This document shows, piece by piece, positions 44,466 through 52,438 of a DNA stretch of 58,715 bases. The stretch's first letter is position 1, and each line of letters begins with the position of its first letter. A model generated the notes under the pieces. That model saw nothing but the letters and a program-made list of their open reading frames with translations. It did not search any database and was not told the origin of the DNA. A program made the translations under genes and the position numbers. The stretch spans positions 1 through 58,715 of the forward strand of contig CAZPPQ010000001.1 of NCBI GenBank assembly GCA_964588505.1. The letters run 5' to 3'. The stretch is from an uncultured Gammaproteobacteria bacterium (GTDB lineage: Bacteria > Patescibacteriota > Patescibacteriia > UBA9934 > GWF2-40-263).

Positions 44466-45746
44466 CTAGTGTGCGAACGGTCTGCACACCTTGCCGATGA
44501 TTTCTGACATCCGGAGCCGGATGGCGACGCTCCTATTGGCAACAGCACGGATATCCACCGGCGCGCCATCCTTTGGCGCGACGAGTGCGGCGAGGTTAGA
44601 ATCGTATGACGGCTCGTGAGGATTCCGTGCCTCTGACGCGACAGGAGGCCGGATCGCGGCCGGCGCGGCAAGCTTGGCTTTTTGTTTGGATGTATCGGAT
44701 CGTTTCTCGTAGAATTCCCAACACGCCTTGAAAAATACTTTGACTGTGGCGATGAAAAGCGCGAGACAAACATTCGCGGCCGCGAAGATACCACAGAGAT
44801 AGAACGCGGCGAAGAGTTTCGTGTCCCACGGAATTGGCTTCGAGGAAGCCCATCCGAGGAGAGAGAGAAAGGCAAATATCACGAACGGGATGATCGGCCT
44901 AAACCACTTTGTCACAAGATGGAAATTTTTGTTGACGCGCGGCGACATCCAGATGCATTCCCATTTTTTCACTTTAGATCCCCACTGACTCGACTGTTTC
45001 CACGGATCTTCAAAAAATTCGCGCGTGAAGAAGTCTCGCCAGCGCGTTCCTTTGCTCGGGTAGTCTCCCATCAAAATGATCACGAAGGCCGAGGACACGA
45101 GAACTGCAGTGAGGGCGAGAACGTATCGCGTCATCTTGAATAGGTAGAGGATCGGAAACCAGAAGATCGAGACAAATGCCGAGATGATGAACTGTCTGCG
45201 GAAATCGCACTGATCAGATGGACGACCTCGGAAGAAGTAACCGACCAGCCCCTGCATCCACAGCGGAGGCGGCTTGGCGAAGCACTCGGCAGGAACATTC
45301 ACATCGAGCGTGCCGCACGGCTGATGCAGTTCGCGGTGCTGATTGTGATACAAGATTGGCTCTGCAAACGTATCTCCTTCCGGAACAACAACCCAATGTT
45401 CCCAAGAAATTCCACGGAATTCCAGATAAAACTGACGCGGGTCGTAACGTCTCGAAGAAATGTCGCGTGATTCGGCGGCGACGAAAGCAAAAATGCGATT
45501 TCTGCCAGGTCGCGCGAAACGAACGTGAGCCATCTGATCCTCGAGCCGCACAACTTTGCGTAGCTCAAGATTAATATAACGATCCGCTCCGCCTTCCGGA
45601 ACAGTCACAAGAACGACAAACGCCTTTTTCGAGAGCCCGGCGCGCTCAAGCGCCCGAAGCGTGCTCTTTGAAACCGTCCATCTTACAAGCACGGTCGCGC
45701 TAGAAAGACGGCGGTCTTGCTCCGCAATATGAAGTTTGAGAGCCAT
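44466..45746 (-). CDS. hypothetical membrane protein: ~190-aa soluble N-domain plus 4-5 TM helices
   Basis: ATG 45746 with GGAGG 6 nt upstream. Hydrophobic segments FIISAFVSIFWFPILYLF, VLALTAVLVSSAFVIILMG, IIPFVIFAFLSLLGW and AAFYLCGIFAAANVCLALFIA. Confidence 0.6.
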   Translation of the reverse strand: MALKLHIAEQDRRLSSATVLVRWTVSKSTLRALERAGLSKKAFVVLVTVPEGGADRYINLELRKVVRLEDQMAHVRFARPGRNRIFAFVAAESRDISSRRYDPRQFYLEFRGISWEHWVVVPEGDTFAEPILYHNQHRELHQPCGTLDVNVPAECFAKPPPLWMQGLVGYFFRGRPSDQCDFRRQFIISAFVSIFWFPILYLFKMTRYVLALTAVLVSSAFVIILMGDYPSKGTRWRDFFTREFFEDPWKQSSQWGSKVKKWECIWMSPRVNKNFHLVTKWFRPIIPFVIFAFLSLLGWASSKPIPWDTKLFAAFYLCGIFAAANVCLALFIATVKVFFKACWEFYEKRSDTSKQKAKLAAPAAIRPPVASEARNPHEPSYDSNLAALVAPKDGAPVDIRAVANRSVAIRLRMSEIIGKVCRPFAH

Positions 45747-45845
45747 GTCTCGCCTCCGTTGCCTTTCGGCGGTAAAAAGTGAAAAGAGCAAAACGCTTGC
45801 GGACCTTGCGCAAGGAAAGAATGGTAATACGAAAAAGTCCTGCTG

Positions 45846-47213
45846 TCAAACCTCGTACGTTTTTCCGGTTTCCGGAATCGTAATTTCCGATCCGGCGAGC
45901 GAGGCGCGCAAATGTTCGGCAAACGCCGTCTTTGCCTCCGCGTCCCCATGAACGAGCAAAACTTTTTTAGGCGCGGGGCCTTCTTCGGGATGCAACCAGC
46001 GCGTAAGTTTAGCCTGATCGCCGTGCGCGGAAAAAGCTCCAATCGCTTTTACCGCGGCCCGCACATCAAATCGTTGACCAAAAATCGTCACATAAGGTTC
46101 TTTGTTAAAAATCCTGCGTCCAAGCGTGCTAGCGGCCTGAAATCCGATAATAAGAACGGTCGCAAACTTTTGATTCACATACCGCGACAGATGGTGCAGG
46201 ATGCGCCCGCCGGTCATCATTCCGGAACCGGCGATGATAATCTTCGGCCGTTTAACATCATTGATGACTTTCGACTCATCAACAGAGAGCGTCTCCCGCA
46301 AGTTTGAAAACGAAAAAAAGTCATGATCTTTTTCTCCAAAAATCGGAGCGTCGAATTGGAGGAACTGATCAAAATGGCGATACACTTGGGTCGCGCGAAT
46401 GGCCATGGGGCTGTCGAGATAAATCGGCACATTTGTTTTGAACTGTTCCAAAAGCAGATGGATTTCGTACAACAGTTCCTGCGTGCGCTCGATTGAAAAG
46501 GACGGGATCAACAAGACACCGCGGTTTGCAACCGTATGCTCGACGACCGCGCGAAGTTTCTTGGATCGTTCTTCCATTGATTCATGCAGCCGGTTGCCGT
46601 AGGTGGATTCGCAAACAACCGCATCCGCCCGCGAAATCGCCTCGGTCTCCGGCAAGATCGGCACATCATCGTTTCCGATGTCGCCAGAAAAAACAACTCG
46701 TTTCCCCTCGGCCTCGACCGAAATGTAAGCGGATCCAAGGATATGCCCGGCATCGTGGAACATCACGGTCACGCCAGGAGCAAATTCAATCGCCTGATGA
46801 TACGCGACTGTTCTTACATTCGCGAGAACCGCGTCCAAATCCTCTTTTGTGTAAAGAAGCGGCCTCGCATCATCTTTTGCGTCTTGTCCCATAATCTGAA
46901 ACGCGTCTTCGAGCACCAGCCGCGTGAGCGCGAGTGTCGGCTCGGTCATAAAGACGAACCAGCGATAGCCGTCCTTGCAGAGCTTGGGCAAACGGCCCGT
47001 GTGATCCGCGTGCGCGTGCGTGACGAACACGGCCTCGATCTCTGCCGGATCAAAACCGAATGACTCGTAACTTTTTCGCGTTACAGTCTCCTCGCCCTGA
47101 AATAATCCGCAGTCAATCAACAAACGATGTATTTTTCCTTTTACATCCATTGCTTCAAGCAATGCGCATGATCCGGTCACTTCATCAGTCGCGCCATAAA
47201 AAGTAAGGTGCAC
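45846..47213 (-). CDS. MBL-fold beta-CASP ribonuclease (RNase J/CPSF-like)
   Basis: HAHADHTG motif and beta-CASP region. GTG 47213 (then HLTFYGATDEVTGSC) was chosen because the track start at 47273 is a TTG that overlaps the upstream gene. Confidence 0.8.
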   Translation of the reverse strand: MHLTFYGATDEVTGSCALLEAMDVKGKIHRLLIDCGLFQGEETVTRKSYESFGFDPAEIEAVFVTHAHADHTGRLPKLCKDGYRWFVFMTEPTLALTRLVLEDAFQIMGQDAKDDARPLLYTKEDLDAVLANVRTVAYHQAIEFAPGVTVMFHDAGHILGSAYISVEAEGKRVVFSGDIGNDDVPILPETEAISRADAVVCESTYGNRLHESMEERSKKLRAVVEHTVANRGVLLIPSFSIERTQELLYEIHLLLEQFKTNVPIYLDSPMAIRATQVYRHFDQFLQFDAPIFGEKDHDFFSFSNLRETLSVDESKVINDVKRPKIIIAGSGMMTGGRILHHLSRYVNQKFATVLIIGFQAASTLGRRIFNKEPYVTIFGQRFDVRAAVKAIGAFSAHGDQAKLTRWLHPEEGPAPKKVLLVHGDAEAKTAFAEHLRASLAGSEITIPETGKTYEV

Positions 47214-47218
47214 ATCGT

Positions 47219-47461
47219 TTACAATTGCGGCTCGGATGAATCCAAGCCGAGCTCTTCTTTGTAATCCATCCAACGCCCTTGGAGCATTTCGGACATTCCG
47301 ACCGTAGACGAATCCTTGTCTATTTCGCCCACGTCAACATGCTCCTGCACGATTTCCTCGCACAGCTCGTTGTATGTCTCCTGATCCACGACCCCTTGCT
47401 CACGACCGCGATCTACGATCTCCTCAAAAATCGCCTGCTTATCCACATCGAGAAATTCCAT
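47219..47461 (-). CDS. small acidic hypothetical protein (80 aa)
   Basis: ATG start, coding-like composition, 5 nt upstream of the nuclease gene on the same strand. Confidence 0.5.
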   Translation of the reverse strand: MEFLDVDKQAIFEEIVDRGREQGVVDQETYNELCEEIVQEHVDVGEIDKDSSTVGMSEMLQGRWMDYKEELGLDSSEPQL

Positions 47462-47573
47462 AATAAAAGAAGTTAAGAGATAAAAGCTTGATTCCAGTGT
47501 AACATACGCAAAGAACGCGCCCGAGAGTGCTTGTCAACTGCGTGCGAAAACAGTATCCTCTCACTTTCCAACA

Positions 47574-47606
47574 CTCTAAAGCCTAACTCCCTAAATCCCT
47601 AGAGCC
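47574..47606. repeat. octamer array ctaaagcc/taactccc/taaatccc/tagagcc upstream of dus
   Basis: ctctaaagcctaactccctaaatccctagagcc read directly. Confidence 0.8.
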
Positions 47607-47629
47607 TTCATCGCCTTTAACGCCTTCCT

Positions 47630-48706
47630 GTGTTCTCTTGGAAATCCGCCGAAAAACCGATCGTTGCGCTTTCGCCAATGGCTGATATGACAGATTCGGC
47701 GTTTTGTCGCGTGGTGAAAGAAGTCCTTCTTGAAGTCGACAACCAACAAAGCCCCTCGACTCCGGCCGGCTCTGCCGGCCTTCGCTCGGGGAATAAAAAT
47801 CCTACAAGCTACCAGCTACAAGCTACAAGCTTCCCGTTGATTTTTCGCGAAATGATCTCGTCCGAAGCGGTCGTGCGCAAAAATAAAAAGACGCTCGCAA
47901 TGGCCGAACTCCATCCAAGCGAGCGACCAATCATTCAACAAATTTTCGGGGGGGATCCGGAAGTGATGGCCAAAGCCGCTCGGGAAATCGAAGAGACATT
48001 CTATCTAGACGGCATTGACATCAATATGGGATGTCCTGTGTATAAAATCGTCTCAAACTTCAATGGCGCGGCGCTGATGAAAGAGCCGGCGCGCGCGGCG
48101 CAGATTGTGCGCGCGGTGAAAGCCGTTGTCTCTGTTCCTGTCTCGGTGAAAATCCGACTCGGATGGAACGATCCGAACGAGTGCGTCGCGTTCGCAAAAG
48201 TGTTGGAAGCCTCTGGAGCGGATGCGATCGAGGTGCACGCGCGCACAAAAATGCAAGGGTATTCCGGAAAGGCAAACTGGGCGCAAGTTGCAAAAATAAA
48301 ACGGGTAGTTTCGATTCCTGTGCTTGTGAACGGCGACATTGTTTCAGGCGCGACCGCGCTTGAGGCGCTTGAAAAGAGTGGGGCGGACGGCGTTTTAATC
48401 GGCCGTGGGGCTTTGGGAAATCCGTGGATTTTTTTGGAGATAAAACAAGCGATAAAAGATATGTCCGATAGGTCTTATAAGACCTATCGGACATATCAAC
48501 CGCTTGCAGAACGTCTCCATGTTATCCGCCGCCATTTGGAATTGCATTGCGAACAATACGGCGAGCGCGGCGTCGTGACATTCCGCAAACATCTCGGCTG
48601 GTACTTCCGCGGCCTGCCGCATGCAAAAGAAATCCGCGAACGATTGTTCGCGGCAAAGACAAGAGAGGAATTGATCGCAGCCCTCGACCGAGGCGACGAC
48701 CCTTGA
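47630..48706 (+). CDS. tRNA-dihydrouridine synthase
   Basis: GTG start. Dus motifs ALSPMADMTDSAF, DINMGCP, VKIRLGW and GRGALGNPWIF. Carries two repeat-derived in-frame insertions. Confidence 0.9.
   Translation: MFSWKSAEKPIVALSPMADMTDSAFCRVVKEVLLEVDNQQSPSTPAGSAGLRSGNKNPTSYQLQATSFPLIFREMISSEAVVRKNKKTLAMAELHPSERPIIQQIFGGDPEVMAKAAREIEETFYLDGIDINMGCPVYKIVSNFNGAALMKEPARAAQIVRAVKAVVSVPVSVKIRLGWNDPNECVAFAKVLEASGADAIEVHARTKMQGYSGKANWAQVAKIKRVVSIPVLVNGDIVSGATALEALEKSGADGVLIGRGALGNPWIFLEIKQAIKDMSDRSYKTYRTYQPLAERLHVIRRHLELHCEQYGERGVVTFRKHLGWYFRGLPHAKEIRERLFAAKTREELIAALDRGDDP
47752..47832 (+). repeat. in-CDS insertion: GC-rich hairpin + aataaaaat + heptamer array (ctacaag x4)
   Basis: cccctcgactccggccggctctgccggccttcgctcggggaataaaaatcctacaagctaccagctacaagctacaagctt encodes ...SPSTPAGSAGLRSGNKNPTSYQLQATSF..., which is absent from the usual Dus N-terminal region. 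Confidence 0.65.
48458..48497. repeat. perfect 40-bp palindrome of five 8-nt units inside the dus CDS
   Basis: gatatgtc cgataggt cttataag acctatcg gacatatc. I verified that it equals its own reverse complement. Encodes DMSDRSYKTYRTY. Confidence 0.95.
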
Positions 48707-48741
48707 GTTGCAAGGCATCGTCGTCCGGCCGCGGGCTCGCA

Positions 48742-48784
48742 GGCGAGCTGTGTCTTCCACGCATCGCCTTTTTTGGTTGTTCGC
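48742..48784 (+). terminator. rho-independent terminator of dus
   Basis: ggcgagctgtg...cacgcatcgcc stem followed by tttttt. Confidence 0.6.
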
Positions 48785-48803
48785 GTCGTGTCTCCGAAAT
48801 GTG

Positions 48804-49001
48804 TCAGGCGGCCTTCTTGCCGCCCTTCCGCACGCCTCCCTCGAGGTGGTACTTCGAGTAGACGCGCCTGCGCTGCTCGTGGCCGTGCAGAGTCACGTTT
48901 TTGTGGTGCTCCAGACGCTCTGCCCGAGGCGACGAGAACCTGCAGCCGTGAACGCCGCAGGTGAATTTCGCGTGCCCCCCGGCACCCTTCTGTTTCGCCA
49001 T
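48804..49001 (-). CDS. 65-aa basic protein with a single C2H2-type zinc finger
   Basis: ATG 49001 with AGGAGG 8 nt upstream. FTCGVHGCRFSSPRAERLEHHKNVTLH fits C-x4-C-x12-H-x5-H with Leu at -3 of the first His. Confidence 0.6.
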   Translation of the reverse strand: MAKQKGAGGHAKFTCGVHGCRFSSPRAERLEHHKNVTLHGHEQRRRVYSKYHLEGGVRKGGKKAA

Positions 49002-49061
49002 CGTCGAAACCTCCTGTCTCCTCGAGAATCGGCACCCATGTGCGCGATTGGAAGACCCACC

Positions 49062-49090
49062 AATATACACTATTTTAAGCATTTTGTCAA
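49062..49090 (-). promoter_or_regulatory. sigma70-type promoter with extended -35 TTGACAAAAT
   Basis: Minus strand: TTGACA, 17-nt spacer (aaatgcttaaaatagtg), TATATT. Confidence 0.65.
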
Positions 49091-49133
49091 TAACAATACC
49101 CCCAAAAATAGCGAAAAAGTTGATATTTCGCGT

Positions 49134-50177
49134 TCATTTCAACGTAAATCTCTCGGCCTTCGATTCGCACGAACGGTGCGGCCAAACCTCAAGCGTCCGC
49201 GCGGCAGGATCAATAATGAGTTTGGCGATTGTTTCCTCATCCGTCTGATGATTTTTGTGAGCGCAAACGGATTTTGGCGCGCGCTCGTGGTCAGAAAGCG
49301 TTATGATCAAATCATCCTTAGTGATCAACCCTTTTTTTTCTCCTAATAATTCAAAAACGCGTTCGCGACGATATTTTGAATACGAACGGTCCTGCTGAAG
49401 CTCCAGCGTCGCGGTCTTTTTCGCTTGATAATCATTCGCGTGAACGCGGATAGGTGTTCGAGAAGTAAGTGAAAGAGTCGCTGTCTCGGTTGCGGTTGTT
49501 TCGAGAATCATCCCTTCTGTAGGCAAAGCAAAAACATAAGAATGTCCATCTGATCTTGGAAGCAACCGGATCCTTCGAACGGCTTGACTAACGGTATTGC
49601 ACCGTAGAATATCCCGCCCGATAAGCGTCTGGCTCAAACCAACGCGCCTGTCCTTGGATGTATTCGAGTCAGCGACCAATGCAAGCCCATCCGCGTTCAC
49701 GCCGTATTGCGGAATCCACGCGCCATACGTGAACGCGAGAAACGCCGGCTCGCCGACAGGACGACATCGCAAAATATAAACGAGACGGCCGTCCGCCGAA
49801 ATCCAATCCTCGTTATGAGCGATGAGACAGGACCCTGTCGCGGATTTTGATGAAGAAACAAGAATGGATGTACAGCGTTCTCGAGACCGAAAAACTCCGA
49901 TCATCTCCATGGAGTTGATGAGAAAGAGATTTTTGAATAGCACCCCGCTTCCATCGGCTATGCCGCGCAACTCCTCAAATGTTTTCGGGAGGAGCTTTGC
50001 GGTGAGAGAAAAGCACGGTTCGATGAGCGCCAAATGCTTGCCAAACGCCGCGCCGTTCAGTTTCTTCCAGTGCGATTCGTAAAACTCCACGCCTGCGCGG
50101 ATCATCTTTTTGGCCAGCGCCCCGATCTGCAAGCCCATCTCATATGGATTGCCTGAAACTTCGAAAAAAGGAAGCAT
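49134..50177 (-). CDS. C45-family (acyl-CoA:6-APA acyltransferase / Ntn-hydrolase-like) protein
   Basis: N-terminus FEVSGNPYEMGLQIG and candidate nucleophile context ERCTSILV. Family-level recollection only. Confidence 0.55.
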   Translation of the reverse strand: MLPFFEVSGNPYEMGLQIGALAKKMIRAGVEFYESHWKKLNGAAFGKHLALIEPCFSLTAKLLPKTFEELRGIADGSGVLFKNLFLINSMEMIGVFRSRERCTSILVSSSKSATGSCLIAHNEDWISADGRLVYILRCRPVGEPAFLAFTYGAWIPQYGVNADGLALVADSNTSKDRRVGLSQTLIGRDILRCNTVSQAVRRIRLLPRSDGHSYVFALPTEGMILETTATETATLSLTSRTPIRVHANDYQAKKTATLELQQDRSYSKYRRERVFELLGEKKGLITKDDLIITLSDHERAPKSVCAHKNHQTDEETIAKLIIDPAARTLEVWPHRSCESKAERFTLK

Positions 50178-50231
50178 AAAGATATTAAAATTTGAATGGA
50201 TCTATCATAACAGAAAAACGATTTTTCACCA

Positions 50232-50260
50232 TTGACGAGACGATTTTTGCGCGTTATAGT
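50232..50260 (+). promoter_or_regulatory. sigma70-type promoter of tRNA-Gln
   Basis: TTGACG, 17-nt spacer, TATAGT, ending 19 nt before the tRNA. Confidence 0.65.
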
Positions 50261-50278
50261 TCTGACACAAAAACACAC

Positions 50279-50352
50279 TCCGGGATCGTCTAATGGCAGG
50301 ACAACGGACTCTGAATCCGTTTATCTTGGTTCGAATCCAAGTCCCGGAACCA
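50279..50352 (+). tRNA. tRNA-Gln (anticodon CUG), CCA encoded
   Basis: Hand-folded cloverleaf: acceptor tccggga/tcccgga, D stem gtct/ggac, anticodon stem acgga/tccgt with loop ctCTGaa, T stem cttgg/ccaag with loop ttcgaat. Confidence 0.9.
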
Positions 50353-50353
50353 A

Positions 50354-50386
50354 CAAAAAATTCGAGTATCAGCTCGAGTTTTTTGT
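50354..50386 (+). terminator. hairpin terminator after tRNA-Gln
   Basis: aaaaaattcgag tatcag ctcgagtttttt. Confidence 0.6.
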
Positions 50387-50571
50387 TGGTTTAGCCGGTG
50401 ACAGCCGGCCACTATGTCCGTGATTTTCGCAAGACATAGTGAGGGGCACGGAAGCGACGACTTGAGGCCATCTTTAGCCGCAAAACGCCGCTTTCAAGGG
50501 AACCTGGATAAGAATGAACTAAGGGAGCAATATAGCAGAAAAAGAGGCGAAAGTCAAGGTTCGGTGCCTTT

Positions 50572-52350
50572 TTATTCAAACCGTACAGACTGACCTGCTT
50601 TCAGAGAACCAGTCTTCTCTTCCAGTAGCTTCTCTATCTTTGGCTTTTCTGATTTCAACAAAGGCTTTGATTGCGGAGGCACTTTCGCCGGCAGTGTCTT
50701 CAACACTTGCGGCTTCGGCTTCGCAACCGTCTCTTTGGATTTCTCAACGATGGTCGCAAGAGAAATGGCTGGCGCGACGGATGTCTTTTGGATCACCTCT
50801 CCATCGGTGACTTTCGCCAGAGTCGTCAAAACCGTCGGTTTCATCGGCATCGGTGAAGACTTCCCTTTTTTCCGTTCATCGCGGACTAATTCAATGCAGG
50901 TCTCGCAATAAATCGGGCGCGATTTGTCGAGCTCGACCGGCAGATGAATATCCTTGCCGCACCGCGTGCAAACATAATCAAAATTCGGCTTTTTCGAAAA
51001 CTTCATCGCTTTCTTTTTTGCCTCGGCTTCGGCGAGAAGCGTATCCACATCGGACAAATCTTCAAAGCCACTCCATTTCATAATTTTTTCCTCAATCTCG
51101 GCGCGCGGCAGGGCATATCGCTCGCGCGTGATTTTGATGACCTTTTCGGAAGAATGTGTCCGCTTGGCAATCGGCGGAAGACAGATCGCGGAAAACGGCG
51201 GACTCGTCACTCCATCAATCAACAGTTTTAGATACACATTGTACTTCGGCAGGTTGATGATGTCGGAAACCATAAACCGCGGCGCAAATTCCTTTTCCAT
51301 AAACTCTCCGTCCGGCGCCCCGACGCGCATCGAGATGATCGTGCCGACATTTCCGAACACCGCTTCGCGCACCTCGTCCGAAAGTTGAGCCACATATTGA
51401 TGGGCCATCGTGAGACAAAGACGGTACTTGCGAGCCTCGGACAAAATGGAGGCGAACGATTCCACGGCGAAATTCTGAAACTCATCAACGTAAAGGTAAA
51501 AGTCTTTTCGATCCTTTTCCGGAACATCCACGCGTTCCATAGCCGCGAGCTGGAGCTTGGTGATGAGCATGCCTCCGAGCAGTCTTGAACTGTCTTCTCC
51601 GATGCGGCCCTTGGACAAGTTGACGATAAAAATTTTTTCCTCATCCATGATGTTACGAATGTCTATCGTGGATTTCACCTGGGCCACGATGTTGCGGATG
51701 ATGGACGCGGAAAGGAATTGCCCGATCTTATTCTGAATCGGAGCCACGGCCTCCTGCGCGTATTTTTCGTTGTAGGTCGCAAACTCTTTCACCCAGAATT
51801 GCTTCACGATCGGATCTTTTACATTGCCGATGATGCGCTTTCGGTACTCTGCGTCCGACAGCATGCGATTGATGCCAAGAAGAGTTGAGCCTGGATTATC
51901 CAAAAGCGCCAAAATGGAATTGTTCAGAATGTACTCCATGCGTGCAGACCACAAATTTTCCCAGATTTTTTTGAACACGCCCATCATTCCGCTCGCGACA
52001 AGATGTTTATGACGCTCGTCCACAGCTTCCAAAATGTTAAATCCGATCGGATAATCCATATCAGACGGATTCAAGTACACCACATCGTTCATGCGCCAGC
52101 TTGGAATAAAATCAATCAAACGCTCGGCTGTGTCGCCGTGAGGATCCACATAACAGCACCCGTGCCCGGCGTAAATATCCGCAAGGATCATATTTTCGAG
52201 CAGAGTCGTCTTTCCCATGCCGGTTTTTCCAATCACATACACATGCCGACGGCGATCGTCGGTCTTGATGCCGAACTTTGTGAATGTGTTGCGAAAATTC
52301 GTCCTGGCAAAGTAGATGACCTCGTTTTCGTGTTCGTGAGGGTAGGACAT
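50572..52350 (-). CDS. VirD4/TraD-like (type IV coupling protein family) P-loop ATPase with C-terminal CxxC-x17-CxxC zinc ribbon
   Basis: Walker A GKTGMGKTT and Walker B-like FYLYVDEFQNF, with the TraG-D_C-like motif LTMAHQYVAQL. C-terminal YVCTRCGKDIHLPVELDKSRPIYCETC. Confidence 0.6.
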   Translation of the reverse strand: MSYPHEHENEVIYFARTNFRNTFTKFGIKTDDRRRHVYVIGKTGMGKTTLLENMILADIYAGHGCCYVDPHGDTAERLIDFIPSWRMNDVVYLNPSDMDYPIGFNILEAVDERHKHLVASGMMGVFKKIWENLWSARMEYILNNSILALLDNPGSTLLGINRMLSDAEYRKRIIGNVKDPIVKQFWVKEFATYNEKYAQEAVAPIQNKIGQFLSASIIRNIVAQVKSTIDIRNIMDEEKIFIVNLSKGRIGEDSSRLLGGMLITKLQLAAMERVDVPEKDRKDFYLYVDEFQNFAVESFASILSEARKYRLCLTMAHQYVAQLSDEVREAVFGNVGTIISMRVGAPDGEFMEKEFAPRFMVSDIINLPKYNVYLKLLIDGVTSPPFSAICLPPIAKRTHSSEKVIKITRERYALPRAEIEEKIMKWSGFEDLSDVDTLLAEAEAKKKAMKFSKKPNFDYVCTRCGKDIHLPVELDKSRPIYCETCIELVRDERKKGKSSPMPMKPTVLTTLAKVTDGEVIQKTSVAPAISLATIVEKSKETVAKPKPQVLKTLPAKVPPQSKPLLKSEKPKIEKLLEEKTGSLKAGQSVRFE

Positions 52351-52353
52351 AGA

Positions 52354-52433
52354 GGCTTATAGCTTATAGGAATTAGCTTATAGGAATTGATAATTAACCG
52401 TTTTCTATCCTATAAGCTATAACCTATAAGCTT
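52354..52433. repeat. inverted octamer arrays (gcttatag/gaattagc ... cctataag/ctataacc)
   Basis: ggcttatagcttataggaattagcttataggaatt, 18-nt spacer, atcctataagctataacctataagctt. Fills the gap between the two genes. Confidence 0.85.
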
Positions 52434-52438
52434 TCGAA

